A stretch of 64,000 bases of DNA, from contig NC_043007.1 in the NCBI RefSeq assembly GCF_006345805.1, positions 1,364,001-1,428,000 on the forward strand, given 5' to 3'. The translations under genes were made by a program, and so were the position numbers. This document shows positions 50,499 through 63,835 of the stretch, in pieces; the stretch's first letter is position 1; each line of letters opens with the position of its first letter. This stretch comes from Octopus sinensis. Lineage: Eukaryota. Below the pieces are notes generated by a model. It saw nothing but the letters and a program-made list of their open reading frames with translations. It made no database searches and had not been told where the DNA came from.

Positions 50499-52916
50499 AC
50501 AAGCTTCTTTTAGTTTCCTGTGTATCAGGCCCAGGGCTTTTGTAAAAGAAAAAAAAAAGATTTGTGTAAGGTGACACATGGTGGAATTGAATCCCAAACC
50601 ACTTTGTTGGGAAACAAACTCGTTAAGTCACACAGCCATATACCTTGCATGATGTGTGTGTGTGTGTGTGTGTAAAAGGAACGTTAGATTATCATTATTG
50701 CTCAAGAATATTTCATCTCTGAGCAATTAATTATTAATCTTTTGCTACACTTGCAAACACCTGCCACATTGAAACTGGTTCACCTGCTTTCATTGCCAGT
50801 TTCATGATGTATATACTCTGTTCAAAGCCCTCACGTGTTTGTGTTGAATTTGCAATCAAGAGAGCATCGGAGAAAATGCATTGTGGTATTTATTCAAGCC
50901 TCTAGCATTCTGGGTTCAATACCCACCTAAGCCAGCTTTATCTTTCGTTTGTCTGGGGTCGATAAATATAGCAACAATCTAAAGCAGTAGAATGTTTGTA
51001 GTGTCAGACAAGGTCCCTTGTATTTATTCTAGCTCTCTGTGTTCCTTTGAGGGGTGAGGATCGGTCAATACAATGATTACCAGTTAATTACTGGGAGTAG
51101 TGTGGGGTGTGGGGATTAAATTGACCTGCACTCTCCGACACAAAATAACTTTCTGGCCCAGATACCGTCAGAGTCAATTTTGATTTTTTTTTGTTCCTAC
51201 AAGATCCCTTGTAGTATTTATTCTAGCTCTCTGTGTTCTGAGTTCAAATCCTACTGTGGCCTACGTTGATGGAGTAGATATTTATGTTTAAGGAGTAGAC
51301 ATAATCACTCACTCAGTTTAACTTTAACACCTGGTCCTTTACCAAAGTTCACTTTGGTGTAAACATGCTGGTTAAGTCTTCAGATTGAGGATACCTGCCC
51401 CTCTTTCTGCCAATCTTGGATGCCCTGTATACGATCGTTGGCACAAACCTTTTCATTGGTTAAATGAAAAAATATAAATAAAAACCCTAATTGAAAGAAA
51501 TTTCCTGTTACTTAAGCCCTTTGTTTTCTATGGAGCATAGGCCATTGACGACTTCTCTCCACTGTTCTCAGACCCAGGCTGTCTTTTCTGCTTCTCTCCA
51601 GTTGGATCTCTAATGTTCCTTGCAGCTTCCTTTAAGGTTTTGCTCTCCCGTGTCCATTCTTGTTGGTTTTGAATTGTTATTAATGCTTCAGTAACTTTTC
51701 TCTGAGATTTTGATGATATAACTGATATAGAAAATTGCTATTTTTAAATCTCACAACGAGAGATATTCAGCAACAGTACTTTGGAGCAAAGATTGTTTGC
51801 CAACATAACATGGCAGTCCTGGTTTAGGACGAATGTTGCTGTAATTTAGCCCCAGGAGACATCATCTCCAGCTGGCTATACGACACGATTTTCGAATAAG
51901 GGAATCTAGCACCCCAACTCAGCTCAAAACAATATCTGTCTATCATGATTTCCAGGTTATTTCCCTTCATCAGCACAGAATAATCGTTCGGCTAGATGTG
52001 GGACTGCCAAATTCCCTTTTGAAATATATAGTTTTCAAAGTAACAACTAGTCACTGATCTATAAATTAGAAAATTACTATTTTAAAATCTCACAACAATG
52101 TTATGTCGGCAAATAATCATTATTGATGTACTTGAGCTTAACTGACGAAGGTCACAAGAACAACAACAAGAATAAGAATGATAATAGTGTCTCCCTGCTG
52201 CAAATTTCCTCCTACTTCTGGCTTCTCATTCTATTGTGTTCTCCTTTTTGCCACTTGCTGTTTCTAAAAGGGGCTACAGTCCTTTTTTTTCTTTTTGATC
52301 TGATGGCAGAATAAAAGAGTGATGAGTGAACAATGTCTTGAAGACAAGGTGAAGGGGAGATTAAAGGTTAATAAATTACTAATAGTTTTGGGGGTGATGT
52401 CGTTTAACCCCTTCTGACTGAGTACATCTATGATGAAAGGCATTCTCGCCATGACCATCCCATCAATTTTCCAGATTGTATATCTGGTTTAACAATATCT
52501 AGAATTATTTCAATGTGTCCTCCCTTTTTTATTGATATTTAGAGGGGTTTTTAGAGAAATTTGCCTACTATTTCTAGGATGTCAAGCAGACATGTAGAAG
52601 AAAAAAAAATTTTTTTACATGGCTGAGTTGGTAGAGCGATCGACAGAATATCTTGCGGTATTTAGTTGCATCCTTTTACACGCCAGGTTCAAATACTGTG
52701 AGAATTGACTTTGCATTTTATTCCTTCCAGGGGTGAGAGTTGGTCAATACAATGATTACCAGTTAATTACTGGGGGTAATGTGGGGTGTGGGGATTAAAT
52801 TGACCTGCACTCTCCAACACAAAAAACTTTGAGGCCCAGATACCGTGAGAGTCAGTTTTGATTTTTCTTTTGTTCCTTTTCGGGGTGAAAGTTAATCAAC
52901 TTTGAGGTTTATATAG

Positions 52917-53574
52917 AACTAGCAGTATCATCCGGCGTTGCTTGGGTTTGTTTCGACCCTTTAGAATTGGAATTTTTGAAAAGTTAAAATTTTGCATTAC
53001 GTAGCTTGCATTACGTTTACCTAAAGTGCCATATAGCAGGATTGAACTCAAAACCACAAGGCTGCAAAGCAAGCACCTCTAATGTTTGAACCATGTGAAA
53101 TATATTTGTTGAGGTGGAATTTATTTTACATTGAATGTCTGATTAAGTCTAACCTAGGGTTAAGCAAGAACGACAACAGGATTACGATATACAGAGAGTG
53201 GTAGTATTTCAGAAAAGTTCAACTCTTGTCAGTAAGGAAAGTTAAATGAGAATGACAACGATTATGAATTATTGAAAATTGGATTAAGTGAACATTTTTC
53301 TGGTTGAAATACACCGAAAAATGGTGACACAGCAGTAAAAAAATTGTAAGTAAATAGGGATTTTCATAGAAAAAATGCACCTTTCTGATTTAAATAATTT
53401 TTGGTCTTAACATGGTCCGATTTGAATTTTTTCTTCTATGGAGGGAAGAGCAAGCCTTCTATCATACTCTCAATTTTGGTCAACTTGCGCCACAGGGTCT
53501 CGGAGGAGATAGTGTTAGTTGAAGGCTTCCAAACCTGTCACACACAGACAACTTCAGCTTTATATATTGAGAGA
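52917..53574 (+). mobile_element. Second Helentron-like copy, interrupted by a 273-bp templated insertion
   Basis: Colinear with 3752-4145 except for 53013-53285. Confidence 0.7.
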
Positions 53575-54712
53575 TATCATTTGTTATAATCATATACTTA
53601 TATATATGATTTATATATAAATACATTATATATTTCCAAATTTTGTTTTAAAATTGTGAATAAACTGTGAGAATAAAAAAAAAAAATTACCATTTTCTTT
53701 AGATCAAAACTATAAAAGTGATGGTTGATTTGACTAATAAAAAGAAAAGAAATTTGTAACTGCTCAGTTTGTGTGGCATAATTATATTCGTTATGCATTT
53801 TATAATTATAATGTGGTTGCATAAATTACATTATAAATGTTTCTATAAATTATATTCACTCAAGAATTTATGAAATATGTTAATCATATCGAATATTAAA
53901 ATTAAAAATATGTATTTTTATTGAATTTTTGCAAAAAAGAAACTAACAAAAACCAAGCATAATTTAAAACCATTAATGCTGTTATGTAGACAACTTTAAC
54001 CATTGATCTTTTTAGCTTAATTGGTGGTTTTAAGTAGTATTGGTGGTTTTTGTTGATTTTGTGTTTGTTGACTACTAATGTCTATTAGAGGTAAAACATG
54101 GCTTTGTCTTTAAGAATTTTGCTTCTCATCCATGTGGTTTTTAGGTTCAATCTCACCATGCAGCAGGTGAGGCAAATGTTTTTTATTGTACCCTGGGGCA
54201 ACTAATGCCTTGTGTGTGAATTTGATAGGTGAAACCATATGAAGTACTGTGTGTGTGTGTGTGTGTGTGTATCTCTCTCTCTCTCTCATCATCATCGTTT
54301 AACGTCCATTTTCCATGCTAGCATGGGTTGGACAGTTCAACTGGGGTCTGGAAAGCCAGTAGGCTGCACCAGGCTCCAGTCTGATCTGGCAGTGTTTCTA
54401 CAGCTGGATGCCCTTCCTAACGTCAACCACTCCATGAGTGTTGTGGATGCTTTTTACGTGCCACCAGCACAGAAGCCAGTCAAGGTGGCGCTGGCATTGG
54501 CCATGTTCGAATGGTGCTTTTTACGTGCCACCGGCACAGGTATCATACTACAACCTCCATTTGATATTTATTTTGATGTTGATGTACTTGACTCAATAGG
54601 TCTCCTCAGCAGGTCATGTGCCACCGGCTCAGAAGCCAGTCAAGGCGATGCTGGCATTGGCCACGTTCAGATGGTGCTATTTACGTGCCTCCGGCACAGG
54701 TATCATGACTGC

Positions 54713-54760
<48 letters not shown>

Positions 54761-57700
54761 CGCAGGAGTGGCTGTGTGGTAAGTAGCTTGCTTCCCAACC
54801 ACAAGATTCCGGGTTCAGTCCCACTGCATGGCACCTTGGGCAAGTGTCTTCCACTTTAGCCTTGGGCCAACCAAAGTCTTGTGAGTGGATTTGGTAGACA
54901 GAAACTGAAAGAAGCCTGTTGCATATATGTATAGATATATGTGTGTGTATATGTTTGTGTGTCTGTGTTTGTCTCCCCCCCCCCAACATTGCTTGACAAC
55001 CGATGGTGGTGTGTTTATGTCGCCGTAACTTAGCAGTTTGTCAAAAGAGGCCAATAGAATACGTACTAGGCTTCCAAATAATAAGTCCTGGCGTTGATTT
55101 GCTCGACTAAAGGTGGTGCTCCAGCATGGCCACAGTCAAATGACTGAAACAAGTAAAAGAGTAAAAGAGAGTGTACAATACTGTTTCTACTTTCACCCAC
55201 TGTGAGGGTTTTTGGAACATAACACCCGCAGTAGTCAAAGGATTACTGTACACTTTTGAAGACGTAAAATAAAATGATCATTTGTAAAACAGGTAATGAG
55301 AATCTCATTGAAAAAAAATCATAACTCTTTAATACGTATTCATCTAACCCATGATAGCATGGAACAACAGATGTAAAAACGATTGAATGACCTTTGTGGT
55401 TGCTACATTACTGATCACAGGTTAATGAGTTCAAACTTTACCAGAACTTTACTTTTCTTACACCTGTCCAATTTTTGTCCCCATGGAACCCCTTTCTTGT
55501 TTAAATGAATTTCCTCAATGATTCCCTGGCTTCTGAAGAGTCTGTCTACTCATTGAGCTGATTGTAATTACAATCAACTTATTTAATAAGCTTCATCTCT
55601 CAAAAGATATATGCAACTTTAAAAAAATATTGGTAATGAAAAACACTCGTTGAACTTCTGGCAGCAGATACAAAGGTATGAGAGATCTATTTAATCTTGT
55701 TGAGGACATAACTGCTTCTTTTGTGCTGTTACCATGAAGAATAACCCTTGTATTCTCTGTAGAATGGTTGGTGGTAGGGAGGGCATCCTATCATCATCAT
55801 TGTTTAACGTCCGCTTTCCATGCTAGCATGGGTTGGACAATTTGACTGAGGACTGGTGAGCCAGAAGGCTGCTCCAGGCTCCAATCTGATCTGGCAGAGT
55901 TTCTACAGCTGGATGCCCTTCCTAATGCCAACCACTCCAAGAGTGTAGTGGGTGCTTTTAAAGTGCCACCGGCACGAGGGCCAGTCTGGCGGCACTGGCA
56001 ATGGCCATGCTCGAAAATGGTGTTTTTTACGTGCCACCTTTATCTAGTGTTTATTAAAAAATTAAGTAATGATTTGAATTTTTAGAAGCTGGTTGTTATT
56101 AGCTACTATGTCGTGATGATAGTTTTGTGTAGCTATGGCATATAAGAAAAAAAAATTGTATTTTCATTGTGTAAAAGAGTCTTTATAAGAAAGGAACGAA
56201 GCTTATTTTGTGTAAGTTACCTATCTGCAGTTGTTTAGAATGACTGTTAAAGGGAACCCATTCTAATGCTGTTTACTATATTTGAGATTTCATTTTTGAT
56301 AAGAAACATTGTCATGTACTAATTGTTTGAGAATTGTTTAAAATTTAGATTTTCTCAAATATACATAAATATCTAAAAAAATATACATAAATATCTAAAT
56401 ATCTAAAAAAAAACATGATATTTCCATGGCCGTTGCCAGTACCGCCTGACTGGTCCTCATGCTGGTGGCACTTAAAAGCACCCACTGCACTTTCGGAGTG
56501 GTTGGCGTTAGGAAGGGCATCCAGCTGTAGAAACTCTGCCAGATCAGATTGGAGCCTGGTGCAGCCATCTGGTTCGCCAGCCCTCAGTCAAAATTGTCTA
56601 ACCTATGCTAGCATGGAAAGCAGATGTTAAACGATGATGATGATGATCTAAATGATTTGGATTGTATGTATGTTTCTTAAATAGTATCATATAAAATATC
56701 TTTAATAGTATCATATAAATATTATAATTTAATTTATTTTCCTCAAACCCCTTGTATGTCACTAGGGCAGAGTTGAATTGTCTTTGTAATGCTCTAAAGG
56801 TATAATCATGTTGATAATATCTTATCTTAAAATGATTTACTGTCAGTTTGTACTTTATTCCTTTCTCATTAATGGTAGTGGCTGCACAGCTAACTGATTC
56901 TTTTCCTTATTTAACTTTAATTGACTGGACACATGTTCTCCATATGACAGTTGCATTTTGTGTGAAAATGTTATTTGTGTTCTGATAATTTGAATTATTC
57001 ATTATTTTTTTTTTTCTAAATTGTTAATCAATAGTAGTGTGTTTGCAAAATTTCTTATGATTAAGTAGTTTATCTTTAGCAAGTTTGGGTTGAAAATTTT
57101 CTCTGCATTTATGCCCAGAAGAAAAATCTAATTTTACAAGATTTAAAAATATTTTTTCCAGTCTGGGTTGTAACATTGATTGAGTATGACAGATTAAACC
57201 ACATGATTTTTAATTTTTGTTTCTTCTTACAAGTCTGTGAGTATTTGTGATATTTAATACCTTCTTTAGATGTAGAGATTTGCTACACTGTTCAATGAGG
57301 TTTTTATTGTACAAATTTATGGATATGTTTCCATGCCAGTGGCATGTGAAAAGCATCCGTTACACTCTTGGAGTTGGTGTTAGGAAGGGCATCCAGCCAT
57401 AGAAACCATGCCAAATCAGATTGGAACCTGGTGCAGCTCCCTGGTTTACCAGTTCTCTGTCAAACTGTCCAACCCATGCCAGCTTGGAAAGCAGACATTA
57501 AATGATGATGATGATGATGATGATGATGTTGATTTTGAAGAGCGCATGATGGGTGGTTGGAATTACCATTTATGTATAGCATGTAAATATTTGCTTTAAT
57601 GTAGGGTTGATGTTGTTGTTGGTTTAGGTTAAAGGTCAATCTTAGAAATTCCCTATTTTGGGGCTGCCGCTGGCTGCTGTTTTGAGGTTCTAAATTCTTG

Positions 57701-59061
57701 AATAGTTTGCTTAGATTGCTTCTGAATTTATCTGCTTGTTGCCCTTTTTTGATGCTTTTCCAGGCACATCTTCATAAAGCCATATCAGAATATTTGGAAA
57801 AGACTTTACTCATTTAGACTGTTAAAGTACACATGTGTGCGTGCGCACACATACACACACACACACATGCACACACACACACATACATGCACACACACAT
57901 ACATGCATGCACACATTTCTTTTACTTATTTTCTTTGAGTACTTTCTCCCTAAAGGCAGTTTTTATAGAATCTTTAATTTCATTTGAGATGCTGTGAAGA
58001 CATTGATATAATACACATTACACTGACATACATCGAAGAGACAATAGAACAATGTCCATTTCTGCAGGCATGTGGGGGTGAATAGCAGACAACGCTAGGG
58101 GAAACAGTGACATGAATTGATGACCACCAACAGCTGTAGTAACAGTATGGGGAGGAAACTACCAGAAGAAACAATTCATTTAGGTATCAGTTTATGTGAT
58201 GGAATAGTCATGGCTGGAATGCTTTTCAACTAACTACTGTTCCATAACACTTTCAGTTTAATAATGAAAAACAAAAAATTCATTCTTGCTACATGTTAGT
58301 ATCACTTTAAATTGATTTGTTTTTCCTCTTTTCTGACTGCTTGTCATCTGTTTTTATTAATTGCAACCATACTTGTTTTCCCCTTCGAAACTTTCTTCTT
58401 GTTTCTAATCTCTTGCTAAATTGACACTATTTATCCCAATCGTATTATGTTTACAAAGGAAAAATAAAAAAAACAAAAATTATTGATAAAAACTATGTCT
58501 TTAATTACAGATGTTTAAAAATATTAACATACCTGTTATTTGACAAAGTAATATTTAATCTTAACTGCTTTGAACCACCGTAATAATCTGAGTAAACTTT
58601 CACATTAAGTATTCCTAATTTTTTTATCAATAATATTCAGTCAGTTAAAATTATACACCCGCGATCATAGGCGGTTGTTGAACATTCAAAACTTTTTCAG
58701 AATTTGAAATTACTTATTTAAATCCAATTTTCAATAATTCATAATCGTTGTCATTCTCATTTAACTTTCCTTACTGACAAGAGTTGAACTTTTCTGAAAT
58801 ACTACCACTCTCTGTATATCGTAATCCTGTTGTCGTTCTTGCTTAACCCTAGGTTAGACTTAATCAGACATTCAATGTAAAATAAATTCCACCTCAACAA
58901 ATATATTTCACATGGTTCAAACATTAGAGGTGCTTGCTTTGCAGCCTTGTGGTTTTGAGTTCAATCCTGCTATATGGCACTTTAGGTAAACGTCCTCTAC
59001 TGTAGCCCCAGGCTGACAAACACCTTATGAGTGATGTGTGTATGTGAGTGTGTATATATAT

Positions 59062-59109
<48 letters not shown>

Positions 59110-59939
59110 ATATATATATATATGTATATATACACATACATTGGTAAAGACGTGTGTATGTATTTTTTTCTCTGATTACTTGATAGGAGGTGTAGGTTTG
59201 TTTACATCTCCATAAGTTAGGGGCTTTGAAAGAAGGAAACTGATAAAAGAAATACTTGGCTTAAGATAAGTACAGGGTGGTGATTGATTTGACTGATTAA
59301 CATCCTTTAGATTGATGCTCCAGCATGGCTACTGTCCAATGATTGAAGCAAGTAAGATAAATTAAAGAATAAACTTTAATGCAATGTGATTCTTAATGAC
59401 AAAAGGATTGATTATGTCGAAACAATTAAAAACTATGAAATCTCATTTACCTGATTCACTTTTAGAGAATTATTCTAGCAACCATTTTTCATCGATGAGG
59501 AATCTCACATAAAGAGGAGTACATCTGTTAGGTCTTAGATCATGACAGGAATTGTCCTCTGCCAATTTATCAACCCACTAATAACTAATCCACTAAGAAC
59601 ATATTAGTAGGGGATGAGCTAATCCTAATATCATACAAACTCTGCCTGCTGTTAATCTTGGCATGCTTATCTATCTGCAATAAGACAGAAACCATCATAA
59701 TCTTGACATTAAGCATTGGTCACATTTTTTTAAGTATTGGTGTAAGTGTGGATTCCCATCTTGTAGGTTCAATTCCACTGTATGGCACCTTGAGGGAGAG
59801 GCCCTTAGTTACACACGCTCACACACACACACACACACACTCACACACTCACTCACACACACACACACACACCTGGAACTACATGGTTGGAAAGCAGATT
59901 TTTTAAACCACACAACTATGCCCTTGAATAAAGATTTTA

Positions 59940-60790
59940 GATCCTGTTAATGCACTTGAAGTGGTTGTTTTCAAAGAGGTACAATTTTTAACTTTAAGAT
60001 TGTTGAGTAAGGAGAAAAATCTCTCCACTGACTCTTGAAGAATGAGGACATAAAAGATGGTTAATTATAAATTTAGACAAGAAAGCGAAGCAATATCCTT
60101 CTTTGAGATATTCTCCATATATGGTAAACCAAAATTTCTCTGGCATATTTTTTTCTCCATTAAGAAGTTGATTTTGCAGTGTTGACTGTACATGAGCAGA
60201 TTAATTTGTTCACAATGTTATTCATAGTTTAGGCTAGAAAATTTCATATTTTGTTACATATTTTAGTCTTCCTCCAATAATGTTGTCCAATGCCCCAAGC
60301 ACCTCAAGAGTACCAGAATCTTCTGTTTTTTAAGGTAGAAGTTTAAAATATTTACGCGAAAATTCTTTCAGTTTTTTCAGGAATTTTTTTGTTGAATTCT
60401 CCTGATGTCCTCTGTTGGAGTTACCACAATAAAAATCAACTCTGCTGTGTTATGTTGAAGGATAATTAATATCAATTTGAATTATATTATCAGATTTCAA
60501 GACTACATGTTCAATGGAATTAACGAGTAGCTCGTTAACGCTAGTATTAATGGAATTCTTTATCGTATGAATGTTTGGAATACTTCCGCATGAGACTCCA
60601 AATTGAGCTCATTAATCTCCAGCACAAACGACGCAAAACATATTTCCATAATACGATTTTGTATTGTTTCTGACATCCCCGAAGCCAAATGGATGCTGTC
60701 TTCTAAGGCATCCATGAATGCAAAGGACAACAAAAATAAAGGCCATTAGCCTAAAATGCTTTCTCACAACTTTCGCAAAGGTAAACCACT
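59940..60790 (-). pseudogene. Decayed hAT-superfamily transposase
   Basis: With frameshifts: KWFTFAKVVR/SILG*WPLFLLSF (RW...RILEQW..L..F-like), INELNLESHAE (LN..FQSE-like) and LLCPHSS/VERFFSLLNNLKVKNCTSL (hAT dimerisation motif PHSSA.VER.FS). Confidence 0.6.
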
Positions 60791-61006
60791 TAAGGTAATC
60801 ATCATCATCATCAGTTAACATCTGTTTTCCATGCTGGCATGGGTTGGATGTGACTAAGGTTTGGTGGAAGATTTTAATTCAAAACTTTTGAAAACAAGAC
60901 ATTTGTACTACAGAGCCAGAAGCCGGTTTCAGCCGTGTTGGTAATGGAAGGGTTAAGGTTATTTTTTTTAATCAAGCATATCAACCACAATACTTTATTT
61001 TTTTAA

Positions 61007-61226
61007 CCCTTTAGCATTCAAACCAGCCATATCTGGCCAAAATATTTAACCTGTTTTATATTGAAACTGACCAGATCTCGCCTCTCACCTCAGCCCTACA
61101 ATGTCATTCTAAAACTAAAAAATTACATCACTGGAATCTCTAAACTACAAGATAATGCATGATTAATTCAAACCATTTTAAATAAACAAACATCACATTT
61201 GACAGAATAATCTGAACACTAAAGGG
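61007..61226. mobile_element. piggyBac-like MITE, second family
   Basis: TTAA-CCCTTTAG ... CTAAAGGG-TTAA. Confidence 0.75.
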
Positions 61227-62216
61227 TTAAAGTCTAGTATTTATTCTATTGGTCTCTGTTGTTGAACTTCTAAGTTACAGGATGTAAACAAGCCAGCACT
61301 GTTTCACCGATCACATTAGAAATGTTCTCTTGGTTCTGTCACGCATGATATCTTTTGTATCTTTTCTTACTATTCTCAAATCTGGACGAACATTGGTAAT
61401 GAGGACAATTGATCTTAAAGGGCATTAGGTCAGTTTTCTTATTCTATTCAACTGTAAATCTCAATAAATCCATGAATTTTTAAGGTCAACCATTATTTTC
61501 TGTTCTGAGTGAACAGTCGATTGGCAAGACATCATAAAGTTGAAGTGAGTTTTGTCAATTTTAGGCTGCTTTTTTTTTTGTTTTAGTGCTTTTCTGTCTG
61601 TATAGTAGACTTTGCTTGGCCATGTGGTTAAGAAATTTGCTTTTAAACCACATGGTTTCTGGGTCAGTCCCACTGTGTGGCACCTCAAGCAAGTATTTTT
61701 ATAATATAGCCCTAGGCCAACCAAAACCTTGTGAGGGGATTTGATAGATTCAAACTGAAAAAAGCTCATCGTACGTATTCATATCTGTTACTGGTTTCAG
61801 TCATTAGGCCGTGACCATGCTGGGGCAGCACATTAAAGAATTTTAGCTGAATGAATCAAACCCACCACTTATTTTCTTTTTTAAAGCCTGGTACTTATTC
61901 TATCAGTCTCTTTTGCGGAACTGCTAAGTTGTAGGGATGTAAACACACCAACACATGCATATATGGGTACTACCGAACAACCACACGGAGGATTCGTTTA
62001 TAGTGATCAAATGTTTGTGTGGACACAAGCTCACTCCCTCATCAGATTGACATTACCTGTACAGGTGCAACTGGGTGCCACATGTCAGATGTTGATTTGA
62101 TTGCAGAGCAACATGAAATGAAGTGCTTTTCTCAAGAACACAATGCAACATCCAGCCTGGGAATCGAACCCATGATCTCGCAATTGTGAATGCAACACCT
62201 TAACCACTAAACCACG

Positions 62217-62248
<32 letters not shown>

Positions 62249-62429
62249 TATATGTACATAACAAGCTTTCTTTAGTTTCTGTCTACCAAATCCACTCGCA
62301 AGGCTTTGGTTGACCAGAAGCTATAGTAGAAGACACTTGCCCAAGTTGCCATGCCGTGGGACTGAACCCAGAACCATGTGGTTGGGAAGCAGACTTCTTA
62401 CCACACAGCCAGGCCTGTGCCTATATGCG

Positions 62430-62469
<40 letters not shown>

Positions 62470-63177
62470 ATGTAGGTATGGTTGTGTTTCCTTGTTTTGG
62501 CATCGTATGATAGCTGTAAACGAATATCCATGTCATACAAGGGGTGTCATTCATTTCCTATGTTCTGCAAAAACATGTCTGGGCCACGAGGCAGGAGACA
62601 TTACCTTGCTTGGAAACAGGTGCCACTTGGTGACGAGAAGAGCATCTGGCCATAGAAAATAATTTCCATCAATAAACTTTGTCTGGCCCGTGCAAACATA
62701 GAAAACTGGACATTAAACGATGATGATGATGATGATGATGATTCTGTCTCTGTCTCTTTTGTATCTTTCAACTTGGCTGGAACTGTGATTTCACAGTTGT
62801 TGTATTCTGTGTAGAAACCTTTATTCAAGTTGTATTGACTGACAAAAAAGTCTATCAAAAAAAAAAGTGTTTTCATGTGTCAACAATTTAAATGGTGTTT
62901 TTCTTTTGTAAAAAAGTCATTGAATTTTGTTCTTTCTGTTTTTCTTCTTCTTTGCAATGTTTTCTTTATAATTTTTATCTCTCTAACTGAGAAAACATCC
63001 TTTGTTTTTTTTTCTTTTACACTCTGAATGGATTTTTAAAAGCAAAAAGGAGAAAAAATTGAAATCATAAAAATAAGAAACGAAGGTGCCACTTTGTGGG
63101 TCTGATCACTAACATCACACATATGACAAGTGGAACTGATGTAGCCATGCGAAGCAGAAGAATGCATCACTTGTGTC

Positions 63178-63835
63178 ACACACTCACAGCCTCCACTCAC
63201 TGCTGCCACTCACAGCCTCTACTCATTGCTGCCACTCACAGACTCCACTCACTACTGCCACTCACAGCCTCCACTCACTGCTGCCACTCACAGCCTCCAC
63301 TCACTGCTGCCACTCACAGCCTCTACTCATTACTGCCACTCACAGACTCCACTCACTGCTGCCACTCACAGACTCCACTCACTGCTGCCACTCACAGACT
63401 CCACTCACAGCCTTCACTCACTACTTCCACTCACAGCCTTCACTCACTACTGCCACTCACAGACTCCACTCACTGCTGCCACTCACAGCCTCCACTCACT
63501 ACTGCCCCTCACAGGCTCCACTCACAACCTCCACTCACTGCTTCCGTCACTACTGCCACTCACAGACTCCACTCACTACTGCCACTCACAGACTCCACTT
63601 ACTACTGCCACTCACACACTCCACTCACTGCTGCCACTCACAGACTCCACTCACTGCTGCCACTCACAGACTCCACTCACAGCCTTCACTCACTACTTCC
63701 ACTCACAGCCTTCACTCACTACTGCCACTCACAGACTCCACTCACTGCTGCCACTCACAGCCTCCACTCACTACTGCCCCTCACAAGCTCCACTCACTGC
63801 TTCCATCACTACTGCCACTCACAGACTCCACTCAC
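63178..63835. repeat. 26-bp minisatellite (CCACTCACAG[A/C]CTCCACTCACT[G/A]CTG), about 25 units
   Basis: Direct periodicity; the ORF translation repeats every 26 aa, equal to 3 units. Confidence 0.92.

Noticed and set aside
55480-55730. Possible additional decayed PLE linker fragment on the minus strand
   Set aside because: Only faint motif resemblance with many stops; cannot be supported without alignment.
58060-58195. Exon-like segment ttctgcag|...tttag|gtatcag
   Set aside because: Stop codons in all three frames and no MON2 similarity.
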